From Flaccisagitta enflata (lineage: Eukaryota): a DNA stretch of 64,000 nt. Where the stretch lies: positions 19,096,001 through 19,160,000 of the forward strand of contig OZ231126.1 in the NCBI GenBank assembly GCA_965153355.1, read 5' to 3'. Below the pieces are notes generated by a model. It did no database searches. It saw nothing but the letters and a program-made list of their open reading frames with translations, and had not been told where the DNA came from. Position numbers and translations under genes: made by a program. Positions 38,072-51,972 of this stretch are shown here, piece after piece (the first letter of the stretch is position 1; each line of letters opens with the position of its first letter).

Positions 38072-39014
38072 ATGGCCAAGCGGAAGCGCAGAGACATTGA
38101 TGACAACGACGACAATTGGGAACCGGATAAACCTATCAAACCAATTGCCAAAAATGCCAGTTTGTTGGTGGCCCTCGCCAAGAAGAGGAGGACGAAAGGG
38201 AAGGTGGAATGGCGATGCGTCACCTGTGGGAAACGCTGCACAGACCGAACACAGTTGAACAATCACAAAAAATTGCATGGTAGTTGTAGCTTCACAAACT
38301 AGTAGTAGTACTAACATTTCTTTTTCAGGTTCTTGGACAATCCGTTGACCAAATCAAACGGTAATCTTCTTTGACCAAATGCTATGTCTATTTTTCTCAG
38401 TCCAAAAATCCGATTTGATGCCTCAAACTCAACCATCGATTCTCGGCGAACCATCAACTTCCGGCGAACCATCAACTTCCGGCGAACCATCGACTTCGGG
38501 CGAACCATCAACTTCCGGCCAACCATCGACTTCCGGCCAACCATCGACTTCCGGCCAACCATCGACTTCCGGCCAACCATCGACTTTGGGCGAACCATCG
38601 ACTTCGGGCGAACCATCGACTTCCGGCGAACCATCGACTTCCGGCGAACCATCGACTTCCGGCGAACCATCGACTTCACGCGAACCATCGACTCCCCACG
38701 AACCATCGACGTTTGGCCTCCCTTCGACTTCTTGCAAACCAACGGCTCAACAGAAAAGGAGAAAAAAAAGAGAAAAGCGTAAAGGCAAGTATAAAACTGA
38801 AATGTCAAGCATGATTTTTTTCCTGACGTTAGATAAGACATAAGTGAAGACCTCAAGAAAGTGATAGCTTTAGCGACTAAAAATCTGAAAGCAAATTAGT
38901 TTTAAAAATGATGGCAGAAAAGAAATTTTTGAGTTGAGATCACCAGTGTTTCAACTTGCTGCTGTGTGTGAAGTGTTAAAACGTTATCAATGTCAATTTA
39001 ATTAAATAGTGAAT

Positions 39015-39085
<71 letters not shown>

Positions 39086-41194
39086 GCCGGATTATCGTGC
39101 AACTTTTGTGGCAGACGTTACGCTTCCGTCGACAGTCTTTGGCTGCATAGAAAAACTTTCCACCTCAAGCGTGAGGTTTACCGATGCAAACGCATTGGTT
39201 GTCGATTTTCTTCCATCGACAAGTCCAATGTTGCTCGTCATCACGCACTCATCCATGTCCGTGGAAGAAAAGAATACATCTCGAGAAGGAGCATCTCATT
39301 GAAGAAAAAACGCGACGCCATCGAGTTTTGGAACACCTCCACCCTCTCAACTCCCGAAAAACGAAACCATGTCGAAATTCGCTTCCATTTGACCCCCAAT
39401 ACCCAGTCAAGAGTATTCCGAAAGACAGACAACACCATCAAAGCTAGACGTTCACTAGCTAAAAGCTATCGCGTCGAGGGTGGTGGCCGAGAGGTCGATG
39501 AATTTTGGATTCCGATCGAAGAAGGCCTTCTCCTTAAGTTTAAAGAGCGCCGGGCGATGGGCGCCGTTGTCAAAATTCGTCATCTCTTGGAGTTTGTCTA
39601 CGAGATTTGCGCAGAAAAAGGATTCAACATCGCTCTTGAGGCTCAAAAGCGTCAATGGGAGAACACGCGCGAAGTTCTTCGGAAAAGAGTCGGTCGCTTT
39701 CTGGAGAAATACAAAATTGTCGACAAACGCGCCAGTCGGCAAATTAACAAGAACGAGAAGGTAAATTAATCAAATAACCATACCGTCATACCAAACCTGA
39801 TGCTGTTTACTTCCTCACAAAAAATATCATGCTGTTTACTTCCCCACAAAATATCATGCCGTTTACTTCCCCACAAAAATATCATGAGACATTTAATTGC
39901 TTTCATGAAGGTTTTGGCCAGAGGCTCAGCGGAGATGCTTCAAAAAATTCGATGGATGCGCGCGCACTATGACATTCCTCCATCCCGAGTTTACAACTTT
40001 GATGAGCTCCGTTTGAATTCGTCCGAGCAAGGTCTGAATCAACGCACTCTTGAATTCGCTTCCGTTAAAGATCCCATCGTCAAAAAGATCGCCAACCCGA
40101 AGGAGGCATTTACTGGCATCTTGTTTGCAAACGCCGATGGGTCAGAGTTAATGGTTTTTCTCGTGACGAAGAAAGGGCTTCCGGTTGACAGCAACATCCA
40201 CACCATCACGGTCGAAGATCGAGATTGGAATTCAAAGGAACAAAGCGTCAATGTGAAGAAATTGGACGTTCAATTCACCATAATAAATGGAGTTACCGTG
40301 GTGAAGGTGCCTCCCGGCATGAAAGCTTGGTGCGGTGGGAAGGTCACAATCGCTTTTCTCCTTCTCACCTTGTTTCGTATGGACGAACCATCTATCCTAC
40401 AAGTAATTGACATATTCTGAGTTGATTTTCCAAAAGATTTCATAATAACTTCATCTTTGTAGAGTCGAGCATAAATGCTCCTCCAATCACTTTTTCCTTA
40501 TTTCAAATATATTCCATTTGCAGTTTGACGCAGCACCAGGACACTTAGATCCTGTGATTTGGCGCATCATCGCAGAATCGGGTCGTCTTCCCGTTCTCAC
40601 GCCACCTGGAGCATCAGGCTACGTGCAACCATGCGACTCCTTCATCAATGCATCCTTTCAAAAAGCCTATCAAACAGTAAGACAATGGGGTGCTTGAAGC
40701 AAAAAAAAATGACACTTAACTTAAATGACACTTAACTTAAATCAGTAAAACCTGTATCTTTTTTGCCATAGGAAACTGAAGAATGGTTGATCAGCAACAT
40801 CATTGCCCGACATCGCGACGACAACTTGGAAGACAGTGTCCCGAATCCTTCGCTTGCTGAAGTGTGCCAGCTGGTGGGGAAAGCTGCTCAAGCAGTTACT
40901 CCCGCCGTGCAGCGCAAGGCGTTTCGTGCAACAGGTGTGTCGTTAGCCATCGACGGGTCTGAGGACGATCAGATGACCAAGCCTTTGAAGGATCTGCTCG
41001 AGAAGCACAACCAAACCCCCGTCGTCAACACCGCGAACCTCACGCGCTTCATGACACCAGCTGCCTCAATGCAAAAGACGTCCATTTCAAAAATTTTCGA
41101 GATTCTCTGTGCCGATGCGGAAGCTTCAAAATCTTCAGAGTTTCGGCACGATCCCCCAGCTTTTTCCAAAAAACTCAAAAAAGATCAACGGTGA
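38072..41194 (+). CDS. Spliced pogo-type transposase, ~777 aa: 3 C2H2 fingers, (GEPSTS)n linker, CENP-B-type HTH, DD35D domain; exons 38072-38279, 38401-38784, 39087-39760, 39911-40402, 40524-40676, 40772-41194
   Basis: Exons join in frame (2334 nt); intron 2 uses AAG|GCAAGT. Fingers CVTC..H..H, CNFC..H..H and CKRIGC..H..H. Catalytic motifs YNFDE, QFDAAPGH and VQPCDSFIN with 35 residues between D2 and D3. The last four exons are more secure than the first two. Confidence 0.8.
38432..38732 (+). repeat. 18-bp coding minisatellite (GGCGAACCATCGACTTCC)
   Basis: About 16 units, all keeping frame; encodes GEPSTS/GQPSTS in predicted exon 2. Confidence 0.92.
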
Positions 41195-41212
41195 GAGAGA
41201 TACGAGAAAGAG

Positions 41213-41497
41213 ATGTCAATCACAAGCCCATTTTCAGATTCTCTTGAGTACACCAGACTTTTTGTCTACAGATTCAAATGTGCGGGATGTGGAGTCGAAT
41301 ACGCCACGAAAAATTATTCCAAAGCGAAAGTACATGTGCACGACTGCCCCACTCGCGCGTTTCTCTCAAGTGGATGGCGCCCCAACTCCAAGTCTTGGCT
41401 AGCGGCAAACGGTTTTTTTTGGAGGACGGATGCAGTGGTGGAGGGAGAGGTCTGTGTCTGTCCTAGACCTTGCAGGGCAGTCCACAAAATCGATTAA
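41213..41497 (+). CDS. Small Cys/His-rich (zinc-finger-like) protein, 94 aa
   Basis: Starts 18 nt after the transposase stop. Motifs FKCAGCGVEY...KVHVHDC and CVCPRPCRAVH. Confidence 0.45.
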   Translation: MSITSPFSDSLEYTRLFVYRFKCAGCGVEYATKNYSKAKVHVHDCPTRAFLSSGWRPNSKSWLAANGFFWRTDAVVEGEVCVCPRPCRAVHKID

Positions 41498-42462
41498 CTG
41501 TGCTGCTTAAATGGACACCTTGCATCATTTCTTTGTTTTCAATCCATTTCAAGCTTCCGGTTTCAATTTATATCTCAGCGTGGGTTCTTCACCAAATGTC
41601 TATTGCATTCCATTTCCTTTTGTGTTCATTAGATAAAAACAACATTCAGTGCTTGAAAAAAATTATACCTCTTTTGTGAAAATGGAGAGTGAAGCATGAT
41701 CTAGACGAAATAGTCAAATCGGCAAAAAGCAAAATTCTGCGTAAGTCTCAAATTTGACACTCTCTCATCAGAAGTCAATAAATCGTGATTGAAAACAGTT
41801 AGATAGGTTATAATGACATTTACTGGTGCCAAAGACACCAAACTAAGCCTCCGAGTCAAAAAAATTTAAAAAATCGAAAAAAAATTTTTTGTCATTTTTG
41901 CCCCCCAGGGGTACCCCCACCCCACCCCCATATTTCTGGAACGGGGCGACTTCTCAAAAATCGCCTCGGTGGCCCCAAAACTATGGTCATGGTGAGTCTC
42001 CATGCCAAATTTCAGGTCAATATGATGATCCGTTTGGGCTGTAGGGTATGGTGGGTTGAAAAGTGACATATAGCATTTTATATTCCGTTCAAGTTCAAGC
42101 AAATTTCTAACTTGCTGTGGTGGAATATACCTTAGGTGGATACAATTGGCGCCACTGTGGCGATTTTAAAATTTCCACCTAGAACACCCCTAAATTGTCA
42201 AAATTGGAGAAAAAATTGTTCATTTTTTTGGGGGGCGCCAGAGGGTGATTTTGCAAAATCTAAGGGTGTTCTAGGTAGAAATTCAAAAATCGCCACGGTG
42301 GCGCCAATTATATCCACCTAAAATGTCAACCGCCATAGCAAGTGAGAAGAATGCTTGAGCCATATAAGCTCTTGGGGGTGATGCTAAAACTTTGGGTCCC
42401 TCCTCCGCTCTTATTAGGGTCCCGTCTGTACATATACAACTACATAAAGTAGATGTCGTCTG

Positions 42463-45296
42463 ACAGTAGCGACAGAAAATTTGATACAAAACTTTTTGAC
42501 AATATCTATTGACTTATTGACAACTTTGGTTATCATTCAATATTAGACCCATTTTTTCCCGAGACTTTTGTAGTTAGAAAACATATGACAGTGCCATATT
42601 ATTGCAAAGTCTATAAGCTATCATAATGTAAAAAGAAAAAAACAATTTTCAAAATTCTTGGCTCGGGTTTTGAACGGTGAAATTTGTTAAAAATACATGA
42701 AATTGAAAATTTCAAAACGAAAATTTTTAAAATCTGATTGCAGATTCTTATTCTCCATGAAAAAGTATGTACACAAAGTATAATTCATTTTCTAAAATTC
42801 TTATGGGAACATGACAAAAAATCTGATTTTTGTTGAAAAAAGTGAACAAAAGAACAATTACGCGCTTTTCGTTAGTTTTTTTAATATTTGACAGGCTTCT
42901 TGTAAAAATATCAAAAAAAGAAGAGCACTTTTCAATTATACTTTTTCATGAAGAATCTGAATCTGCAATCAGATTTCAAAAATTTTCATTTTGAAATTTT
43001 TATTTTCCTATACTTTTAGCAAGTTTCACCGTTCGAAACCCGAGCCAAGAATTTTGAAAATTGTTTTTTTCTTTTTACAACATGATAGCAGATAAAGTTT
43101 GCAACAATATGGCACTGTCATATGTTTTCTAGCTACAAAAGTCTCGGGAAAAAATGGGTCTATTCAATATCAAACAATACATCATTTGAAAGGTTATCAA
43201 AAGTACTTAAAAAGCTGAATTGGTGCAAGTTGGTCAGTCCTTTGGTTTGGCCTCAATATTGAGTTAAAGTATGGTGGTTAAGATTTCGCTACTCAGAATT
43301 TGTATTCATATAAAAGAACTTTGAATCTGTTTTTTACTACTATCTAGAACATAAGTATATCGACAGTATGGGGATTGGTAAATTTAACAGTATAGGAATC
43401 ATAGAAAAACCGCCAAAACATGTCAGATACTTAATAATACGTCTTTGGGCTTCAACACATATTTGTATGTGGATTTTCTAAGCACTTTAACACAAATGCT
43501 TTGTATAAATGCATGATAACTATCCCTCATAAAATTTTTTTTTTAAAAATTCCTTAGTGTATGCCATGTTCTCCCTTTTGCTTCAGTTGCAATCCCAATG
43601 ATTCAGAGAGGTTGAAATCAACGAAGATAATGTAGCGAAGGTGTTGGGCGCTGTAATTAGGACCAAAAATAGGGTGGAAAAAACCTCCAATCTATCTGAA
43701 AGGAGACTTAGTAACTTGTAAAGAAACTAGATGCATTTTTTTGGCCATTTTCTAATTGAAGTATCAAACTTGTGTAGGAGGAGGATTCGTGTAGAAGACG
43801 ACGATGCTTTGGTGACAAACTTTACCCATCAAGATTGGCGACAGTTCCATTGTGACATTGCTTTATCATGGATTTGTGAGCATTGTAAACTTTATCATTG
43901 TTGTATCCCTTTTCCATTGTTTATACAAATGAGAATATCTTTAGAACATACAACGGTTTGTACCCAACTGTCTCTCTTTCTCCAAACAGATAGACAGACC
44001 GTTGGGGTCTTTAGTTCAGACAAGTCTGTTTCGCCGCCCGTCACTAATCATCTTCCTTTGTCATCATCTTTCAGGTCCCATATGAGGCTTCACACTGGCC
44101 CTCTTCCAATGACAATTTGTGACACTCGGGGAATACTAAAAAGACATTAAATAGACAATGAATATCTTCGATTCATGATGCGATTCATGGGCCATTGGGA
44201 CGGAGAACCATAGCATAAGGATTAAGCGAGCTAAGCATATAAGGGGCAAGTTCTCCCTTCAATATCAGTGGGAATTTCCCTCTTATAAGTGGTGCATCGT
44301 CCACTTTACCCATAACCAGTCTTGTCTTAAGCCATACACCTTCCAAGTGCGGATAGGGTGGTGTCTGACCAGTTCAAGTGGAAGGACAGCAGCCGATGCC
44401 GTATGCGGCAGCATACGTGTCTTTTATAAATGAATTCTAAGTGCGTCCCAGGTTTTATCTACAAGGGCCCGTAGTCTAACCCGATGTGGCAGGGACGCCC
44501 GACCGGATTGTACCGATTCCTGTTAGGGCATGAAGGCCGATTCTCTTTACCCATTCACCCTCATTCTTAATTAGCCCAGTGTTTGCGAGTATTTGGTGAT
44601 TATTTGCTCCGTTAGTCAGGAAATTGGAGTGACAGCAAATAGTTCAACTTGCACTTAGCAGCATTGCAGTTTCCGGGGAACGCACGGAGGTGACTAAAGA
44701 CCCCAACCCACCCTAGTCCCGGACATGACCTTTTTCTTTTAGGAGATTAGCTTCCATCATTGAGTTATAGCCTGTCAATTCTAAACGCCTTGAGCTAAAA
44801 GGATGCGGTTTGCGGCATTTGGTCAGAAATTTAAAATAGTTTCAGAATCTCACTGATTTTTATATAAATTTTTTATTCTTAACAGAGTTATTGCTTAAAG
44901 TGCCTGTCGATATACATATGTTCTGGATAGTACTTCAGCTTAAATTACCTAAGAAAAATCGAAAAGGCCATAATTCAAGTACTACAGATCAGCAGATGAG
45001 ACAATGGGCCAACGAATAGCCTGACACAGCAGCACAAAGAGCCGTGGAGCAAAAATGAAGTAATGAAGGATTTACAGACAAAATTTGTCTAAAATGATAT
45101 TTATTCAACCATCATGATTGAAATCATTACTGAGCCTAATTCATACGAGCAAAATACCTCCACATGGTCAGCTTTTGAGGTACTTTGGAAGAGTTTTCAA
45201 GTAAAATTCCATGCAGGGTGGAAAAATATGTCTGATTAGCCAAATATGCATGTAAGATGGAGATCAACTTTGTATCAAATTTTCTGTCGCTACTGT
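42463..45296. mobile_element. Nested TIR DNA transposon
   Basis: ACAGTAGCGACAGAAAATTTGATACAAA / TTTGTATCAAATTTTCTGTCGCTACTGT, flanked by TG / TA. An internal inverted pair lies at ~43341-43366 and ~44904-44929. Confidence 0.8.
42544..43162. mobile_element. Palindromic MITE with 8-bp TSD
   Basis: TAGACCCATTTTTTCCCGAGAC... / ...GTCTCGGGAAAAAATGGGTCTA. TTCAATAT duplicated at 42536-42543 and 43163-43170. Confidence 0.92.
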
Positions 45297-45476
45297 TATA
45301 CTTGGAAATACGGGGGCCCTAATATCCTCATTACCATTTGTGCAAATTAAATGAAACTGTATGTATAATGCTTATGTCCTATAAGGTTGACGATGGCGTA
45401 TAGTAGCTCTATTAATAGAAAATTCTTTTGAATATACTAAATCAAATTCGCTGATTAGTAAATCAGCTTCTGGAAT

Positions 45477-45556
45477 TGGTCTAGTGGTTAACTCACTTGA
45501 CATCAGGTTTATCTTGATCATTTTATTTAGTCAAAGGTTCCAGGTTCAAATCCAAG
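45477..45556 (+). pseudogene. tRNA-derived remnant / SINE head
   Basis: A-box-like TGGTCTAGTGG and B-box-like GGTTCAAATCC. No convincing acceptor stem. Confidence 0.4.
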
Positions 45557-45967
45557 TCAGGCAAAGGGATGAAGGCAAATGGATGAAGCTGAAGTTCTGC
45601 AGAAAAAGTGATTGATCCTAAAATTTTATACTTAAAGTTTTTTTTCCAAGGGTAAGCGGTAGGGGGATGCCATACCCCATCGTCAACCCCTTAGGGTCTA
45701 TACATTATATCAGCAAAATATCAGTCCCCTCACTATACTGATGCGCAGGTTATGAGCTCCCCCGTATTTCCAAGTCTAGACGACATCTACTGTACAAATA
45801 TATACCTTCTATCCTCCCTCCCTCCCATCCCCCCGTCTTTTTCTTTTTCTTTTTCTTTTTCTCTTTCTTTTTCTCTTTCTTTTTCTTTTTCTTTTTCTCT
45901 TTCTTTTTCTCTTTTTCTCTTTCTTTTTCTCTTTTTCTCTTTCTCTCTCTTTCACTTTCTCTCTCTT

Positions 45968-46020
<53 letters not shown>

Positions 46021-46076
46021 TTCTTCTCTTTCTCTCTCTTCCTCTTTCTTTTCTTCTCTTTCTCTCTTTCTTTCTT

Positions 46077-46123
<47 letters not shown>

Positions 46124-46926
46124 CTTTCTTTCTTTTTCTTTCTCTCTTTCTCTTTCTCTCTCTTTCTCTCTTTCTTTCTCTCTCTTTTTCTTTCTCTCTC
46201 TCTCTTTTTCTCTTTCTCTTTCTTTCTCTTTCTTTCTCTCTTCTTCTCTTTTCTCTTTTCTTTCTCTTTCTTTCTCTTTCCTTCCTTCCTTCCTTCCTTC
46301 CCTCCTTCCTTTCTTCCTTTCTTCCTTTCTTTCTTCCTTCCTTTCTTCCTTTCTTCCTTTCTTCCTTCCTTTCTTCCTTCCTTTCTTCCTTCCTTTCTTC
46401 CTTCCTTTCTTACTTAATTTCTTCCTTTCTTTCTTTCTTCCTTTCTTTCTTCCTTTCTTCCTTCCTTTCTTCCTTCCTTTCTTTCTTCCTTTCTTTCTTC
46501 CTTTCTTTCTTCCTTTCTTTCTTTCTTCCTTTCTTTCTTCCTTTCTTCCTTCCTTTCTTCCTTCCCCTCTTCCTTCCGTTCTGCCTTTCTTCCTGCCTTC
46601 CTTTCATCCTGCCTTCCTTTCTTTCTTCCTTTCTTCCCTTCTCTGTCTTTCTTTCTCTTTCTTTCTTCCTTCCTTTCTCACATCCAAGGCCGGGCGATAT
46701 ATTTCGGGTATTGTATGGGGTTGTATTATTTAGAATTACTGGGTTTACCCAATACCCGACACCCGATACTTTCGTACTAAATATCTGATATTTAATTCTA
46801 GAAACAACTAATTTTACCTTAAAATACCGCCCTCCAAAAAATTAAATAAGCTTAGGACAGACCAACCGACAGAGCAACATGTAGAGTCGCGTGCACGAAA
46901 CTAAAAAAAAATCCTAGAAAACTAAC

Positions 46927-47976
46927 CAGCGTCGGGTCCACCAGGGAGGCCCGGTCCCGCTCCGGCCAATGGATTGCGGAGAGGATTTCTCATTACTGCA
47001 ACGGCGGAACCGTCGGCTGCGCTTCTCCCGGGCCAAAACGGAGCCGCGCGATAAGAGGCGTAGGACTGCGGGAGATGAGAACTAGAAGTACCGGCACTAA
47101 CCGACCCATTTTCCTGTGCAGAAACAAAATAGTATGAGACGCTATAATATATATATTGTTCCACCTTTCATACAGTATGATTGTTTTCGTTTGTAACATT
47201 TTATGACAACATAATTCAAAAAGTAATCAAAATAATTCAATTCCAAAAAAAGTTTTTAAAAAAATATGAAAATACATTTTATAACTTATCAATCATAGAA
47301 TCTGCTTAGAAAAATCTGATTCTCTCAAAACTAAATTAACCAAAGAACCAACTTGACAAATTGGCAAATTGAAAAATTTAGCAAAATTTGACAGATGGAC
47401 TGTTTACCTTTAAATAGTTCTCATTTCTGAACCGTTTGAGCTACATATGCCAGATTGGACTCAATTGAAAGATGATTTTGGACTCAATTGAAAGATGATT
47501 TTATGTAGTTTTTAGCTCTTCTGTCTTCTTAAAAGTAAGCACTGATTTGATGTCTTGAATACATTTGGTAAACTATAAGCAGGAACTGTCGTTAAATTTT
47601 CAAAAAAGATCATTTCATTCATGTTTTTTTATGATACATGTTTCCAAAAAAATACTTTTCTTTTTAGTTGCGCACACGCAACTCTATAAGAGGCTTTTTC
47701 CGTCCGTTGGTCGGTCCGTTGGTCGGTCCTTCACGTATTATTCTAAATTTTCTAAATTGACAGTTAACTGTTCCCTATCGCTTCATTTTCAGAGGTCGCC
47801 AATACTTAATTCAACGACTAACCAAAAATGATGACTGTGGAAGTGGCGCGAGGCAAAAAGCCATATCGGCGGTGAACGTCTGCGGATTGGCAGCGACGTA
47901 CTTCCACTTTGGAAATCCACTCGGCGAGGGGAAATTCGACGATCGATAAATGGAATCTTTCGTCACCACGTAAAGA
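46927..47976 (-). CDS. Two internal exons of an unidentified protein-coding gene (47976-47823, 47113-46927)
   Basis: GC-rich blocks with AG acceptors and GTTAGT donors that join in phase 0: LYVVTKDSIYRSSNF...PQSSFL|ENGSVSAG...GGPDA. Flanking exons not located. Confidence 0.5.
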
Positions 47977-48008
47977 CTAAAATGAGATAATAATATGATA
48001 TATATATG

Positions 48009-49259
<1,251 letters not shown>

Positions 49260-49567
49260 TATATGGATATCAAATAGACAAAACTCGGGTCCATGACAAT
49301 TTTATGAAGACCTTAAGATAAGACATTTCCACGATAGGACAGTCACATTTCCCAGATTATCTGGGCCAGATAACTAGGTAGACTTCAATACTGCCTGTTG
49401 AGCTAGCATCAATCCGTCAATCATTTCCTCCCATTCCAATCATTTCCACCAAAGCCTCAATGATCAATCCGTCACCACTGGTGATTCGCCAGCACCAGCA
49501 CAATCATTTTTGCCCTCTTGGATAACATCTCCCTTCAGCCGGATGACAAGACCACGTAATCAGGTAA

Positions 49568-50905
49568 CTATACCAATAAAGGCGGCTCTCGCCGTAGGAA
49601 AAAAATCGTAAGTGCGAGGTTTTGGAATTTCATGTGATTGTGTTTTGTCTGGTTGATTGCCTTTTTTTTCTCCGGGCATCTTTTTGGTTTGTTCCACTCT
49701 CTACATGTGTTTCTCTGTTTGTTCTTTTTTTGCCAGTCTCTTTCTCTCTTTCTCTTTCCCATTCTCTTTTTCTCTCGGGGTTACAATATTGTTGCGGACA
49801 GGTGGACAGAGGCATCCAACCCCCATCCACAAGCCAAACAGAACCCCCACACACAAGCATCTAGACCGCTTGTTTTTCCACTTTTTAACTTGGACGGACA
49901 GATGGACCAACAGACCAATGGATGGACTGACAGACAAAGCCTCTCATAGCGTCCAGAGCTGAAATGAGAGAGAGACTGTGCTGCTAGGATGCACAATCAT
50001 CACCTAGGACATTTCAAAGTTCAAATAGACTTCAACTAGGTCGATTCCTCATTTTTGGGAAAAATGCAAAAAATGCGAAAAAATATAAAATGATTCAAAA
50101 AATCCTAGCTCCAAAACTATCGATCACACAGAATTCTGCTTGGCGTCATCTGAAAGTGGAGAATTAGATCTTTCTTAGCTATTAATTTCATGCGTAGTAC
50201 CATTTGGCCCCAAAAGCTTACCAACTTTCCCAAACGCTTCATGAGAAATAGTCGCAAAAGCGTTAGATGGTCAGCGGTACCCGTTGCCCCTATGTGAGTG
50301 TATGTGTGGGAGAGGCGATTAGAGGGGCAGCGGCCCCGAAGGGGCCGATGACCTATGCTGTTTTTATTTGAGCCTCAAGGCTGGGATTAGGGCCTGGAGG
50401 CTGGAATTTAGGCCTCCGGACTGGGATTTGAGCCTCGAGGCTGGGATTTGAGCTTCAAGGCTGGGATTTGAGCTTCAAGGCTGGGATTTGAGCCTCGAGG
50501 CTAGGTTTTGGGCCTCGAGGCTGGGATTTGAGCCTCGAGACTGGGATTGGAGCCTCGAGGCTGGGAATTGAGCCTCGAGGCTGAGATTTGAGCCTTGAGG
50601 CTGGGAATTGAGCTTCAAGGCTGGGATTTGAGCCTCGAGGCTGGGATTTGAGCCTTGAGGCTGGGTTTTGAGCCTTGAGGCTGGGTTTTGAGCCTCGAGG
50701 CTGGGATTTGAGCCTCGAGGCTAGAATTTGGGCCGGGCGGGGGGACGGAGAAGGAGAAGAAGGAGGAGAAGGAGGAGAAGGAGAAAGTTTCCCATATGTG
50801 TGAAAGCATAGGTCATCGGCCCCTTCGGGGCCGCTGCCCAAAAGGGAAATCCAAAAAACTCTGCAGGACTCAAAAAGACCGAAGGGACTTCGTCTCTTCG
50901 ACTTT
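49568..50905 (-). mobile_element. Helitron-like interspersed repeat, copy 2, with nested family-B element (50247-50842)
   Basis: Inverse of 48360-48993 at both ends. Confidence 0.55.
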
Positions 50906-51972
50906 GTTCTTAATTTCTTCAATGTATATAGTATTTAAAATGTATAAAAATACCTCATTATTACAATTGTATCTCAAACTTGATTATTATCATGGTTTTT
51001 TTTTATATAATGCAATGCCTGATTTCATAAGCAAACTTAAAAAAAGAAGTAATTTTTACAGATAAAAAACCTATATTTCTTTAAAAAATTGAGTAAAACT
51101 TATATTTTAGATAACAAAACTTAAAAAATGTTCTTTTGAAAATAGCCAAAATTAAATCTCAGCGTGGGCATTCTCTTATTTGATTTTTAAAATTTTGGCA
51201 AATCTCAGTCTCATGTCTCTTAAAAACTGGTCTCCTATAAAAAAAAAGTGTACTTTATTGGTGTGTAAGATTTAATAGTGGGAACGCTATAGCGATGCTT
51301 CACTGTATGCTACACTTTTGCAAAGTACTCGTGACATTTACAGTGTCATTTACACCCCTGCTGCCATGTTAATATTCCCATCGATTGAGCATTTCCTTTT
51401 TTTTTCTTTCTTCATGCCCATCTTTCATGTAATATGGAAGGTCTCACTACGTAGTCTGAAAATAATCGAGGAAGTCGATGATATCATTCATCAGCGTGGT
51501 AAGAATTATTCACGTTTGTAGTTAACACATTTTCTGTAATTGATTGTCGTAGAATACACTCAACTATTGTTGACAACTATTTCAATAAATAATGGTATGT
51601 AATATCTATCTTTAGACACGCATTTTTAGGTGCGACAAAGCACCTCTATAACTGGCTGTGTCCGTTGGTCTGTCTGTCGGTCGGTTGGTCTGTAACGCAT
51701 TCGTTCGACGATCCACACCGTCGCACCTATTGGCCTACTTGGCCTTGTTTTTAAATATTTTTCATTTTAAACTATCAAAATAGGTGAATACAATTCTCCC
51801 GGCACTGACAAAATCAGCGCATTCGCAAAACCCAAGTCTCAAAAAGCAAAAAATAAAAACGGGTAAAAGGATAGTGATCGACTTCATTATTTTTTTTCTT
51901 CTATAGAATATTATTTCTGAAGCATTCATAAAAGATAGAGATACAGTAGATCTTGTCTAGACTTTAGAGAAT

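Larger units (their letters stand above)
36458..42428 (+). mobile_element. Full-length pogo-superfamily DNA transposon (~6.0 kb)
   Basis: TA|CAGACGGGACCCTAATAAGAGCGGAGGAGGGACCCAAAGTTTTAGCATCACCCCC and its perfect inverse ending ...CCCGTCTG|TA. A further ~275-bp inverted repeat at 36528-36795 versus 41826-42088. Internal DD35D transposase. Confidence 0.95.
42447..45792. mobile_element. MITE whose left TIR is split by a nested insertion
   Basis: Right TIR CCCCCGTATTTCCAAGTCTAGACGACATCTACTG|TA. Left TIR is in two pieces: AGTAGATGTCGTC (42448-42460) and ACTTGGAAATACGGGGG (~45300-45316). Confidence 0.75.

Noticed and set aside
44118-44884. Solo LTR (TGT...ACA, GC-richer)
   Set aside because: No TSD, primer-binding site or second copy visible.
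45477-45556. Functional tRNA gene
   Set aside because: A and B boxes are present but there is no cloverleaf acceptor stem.
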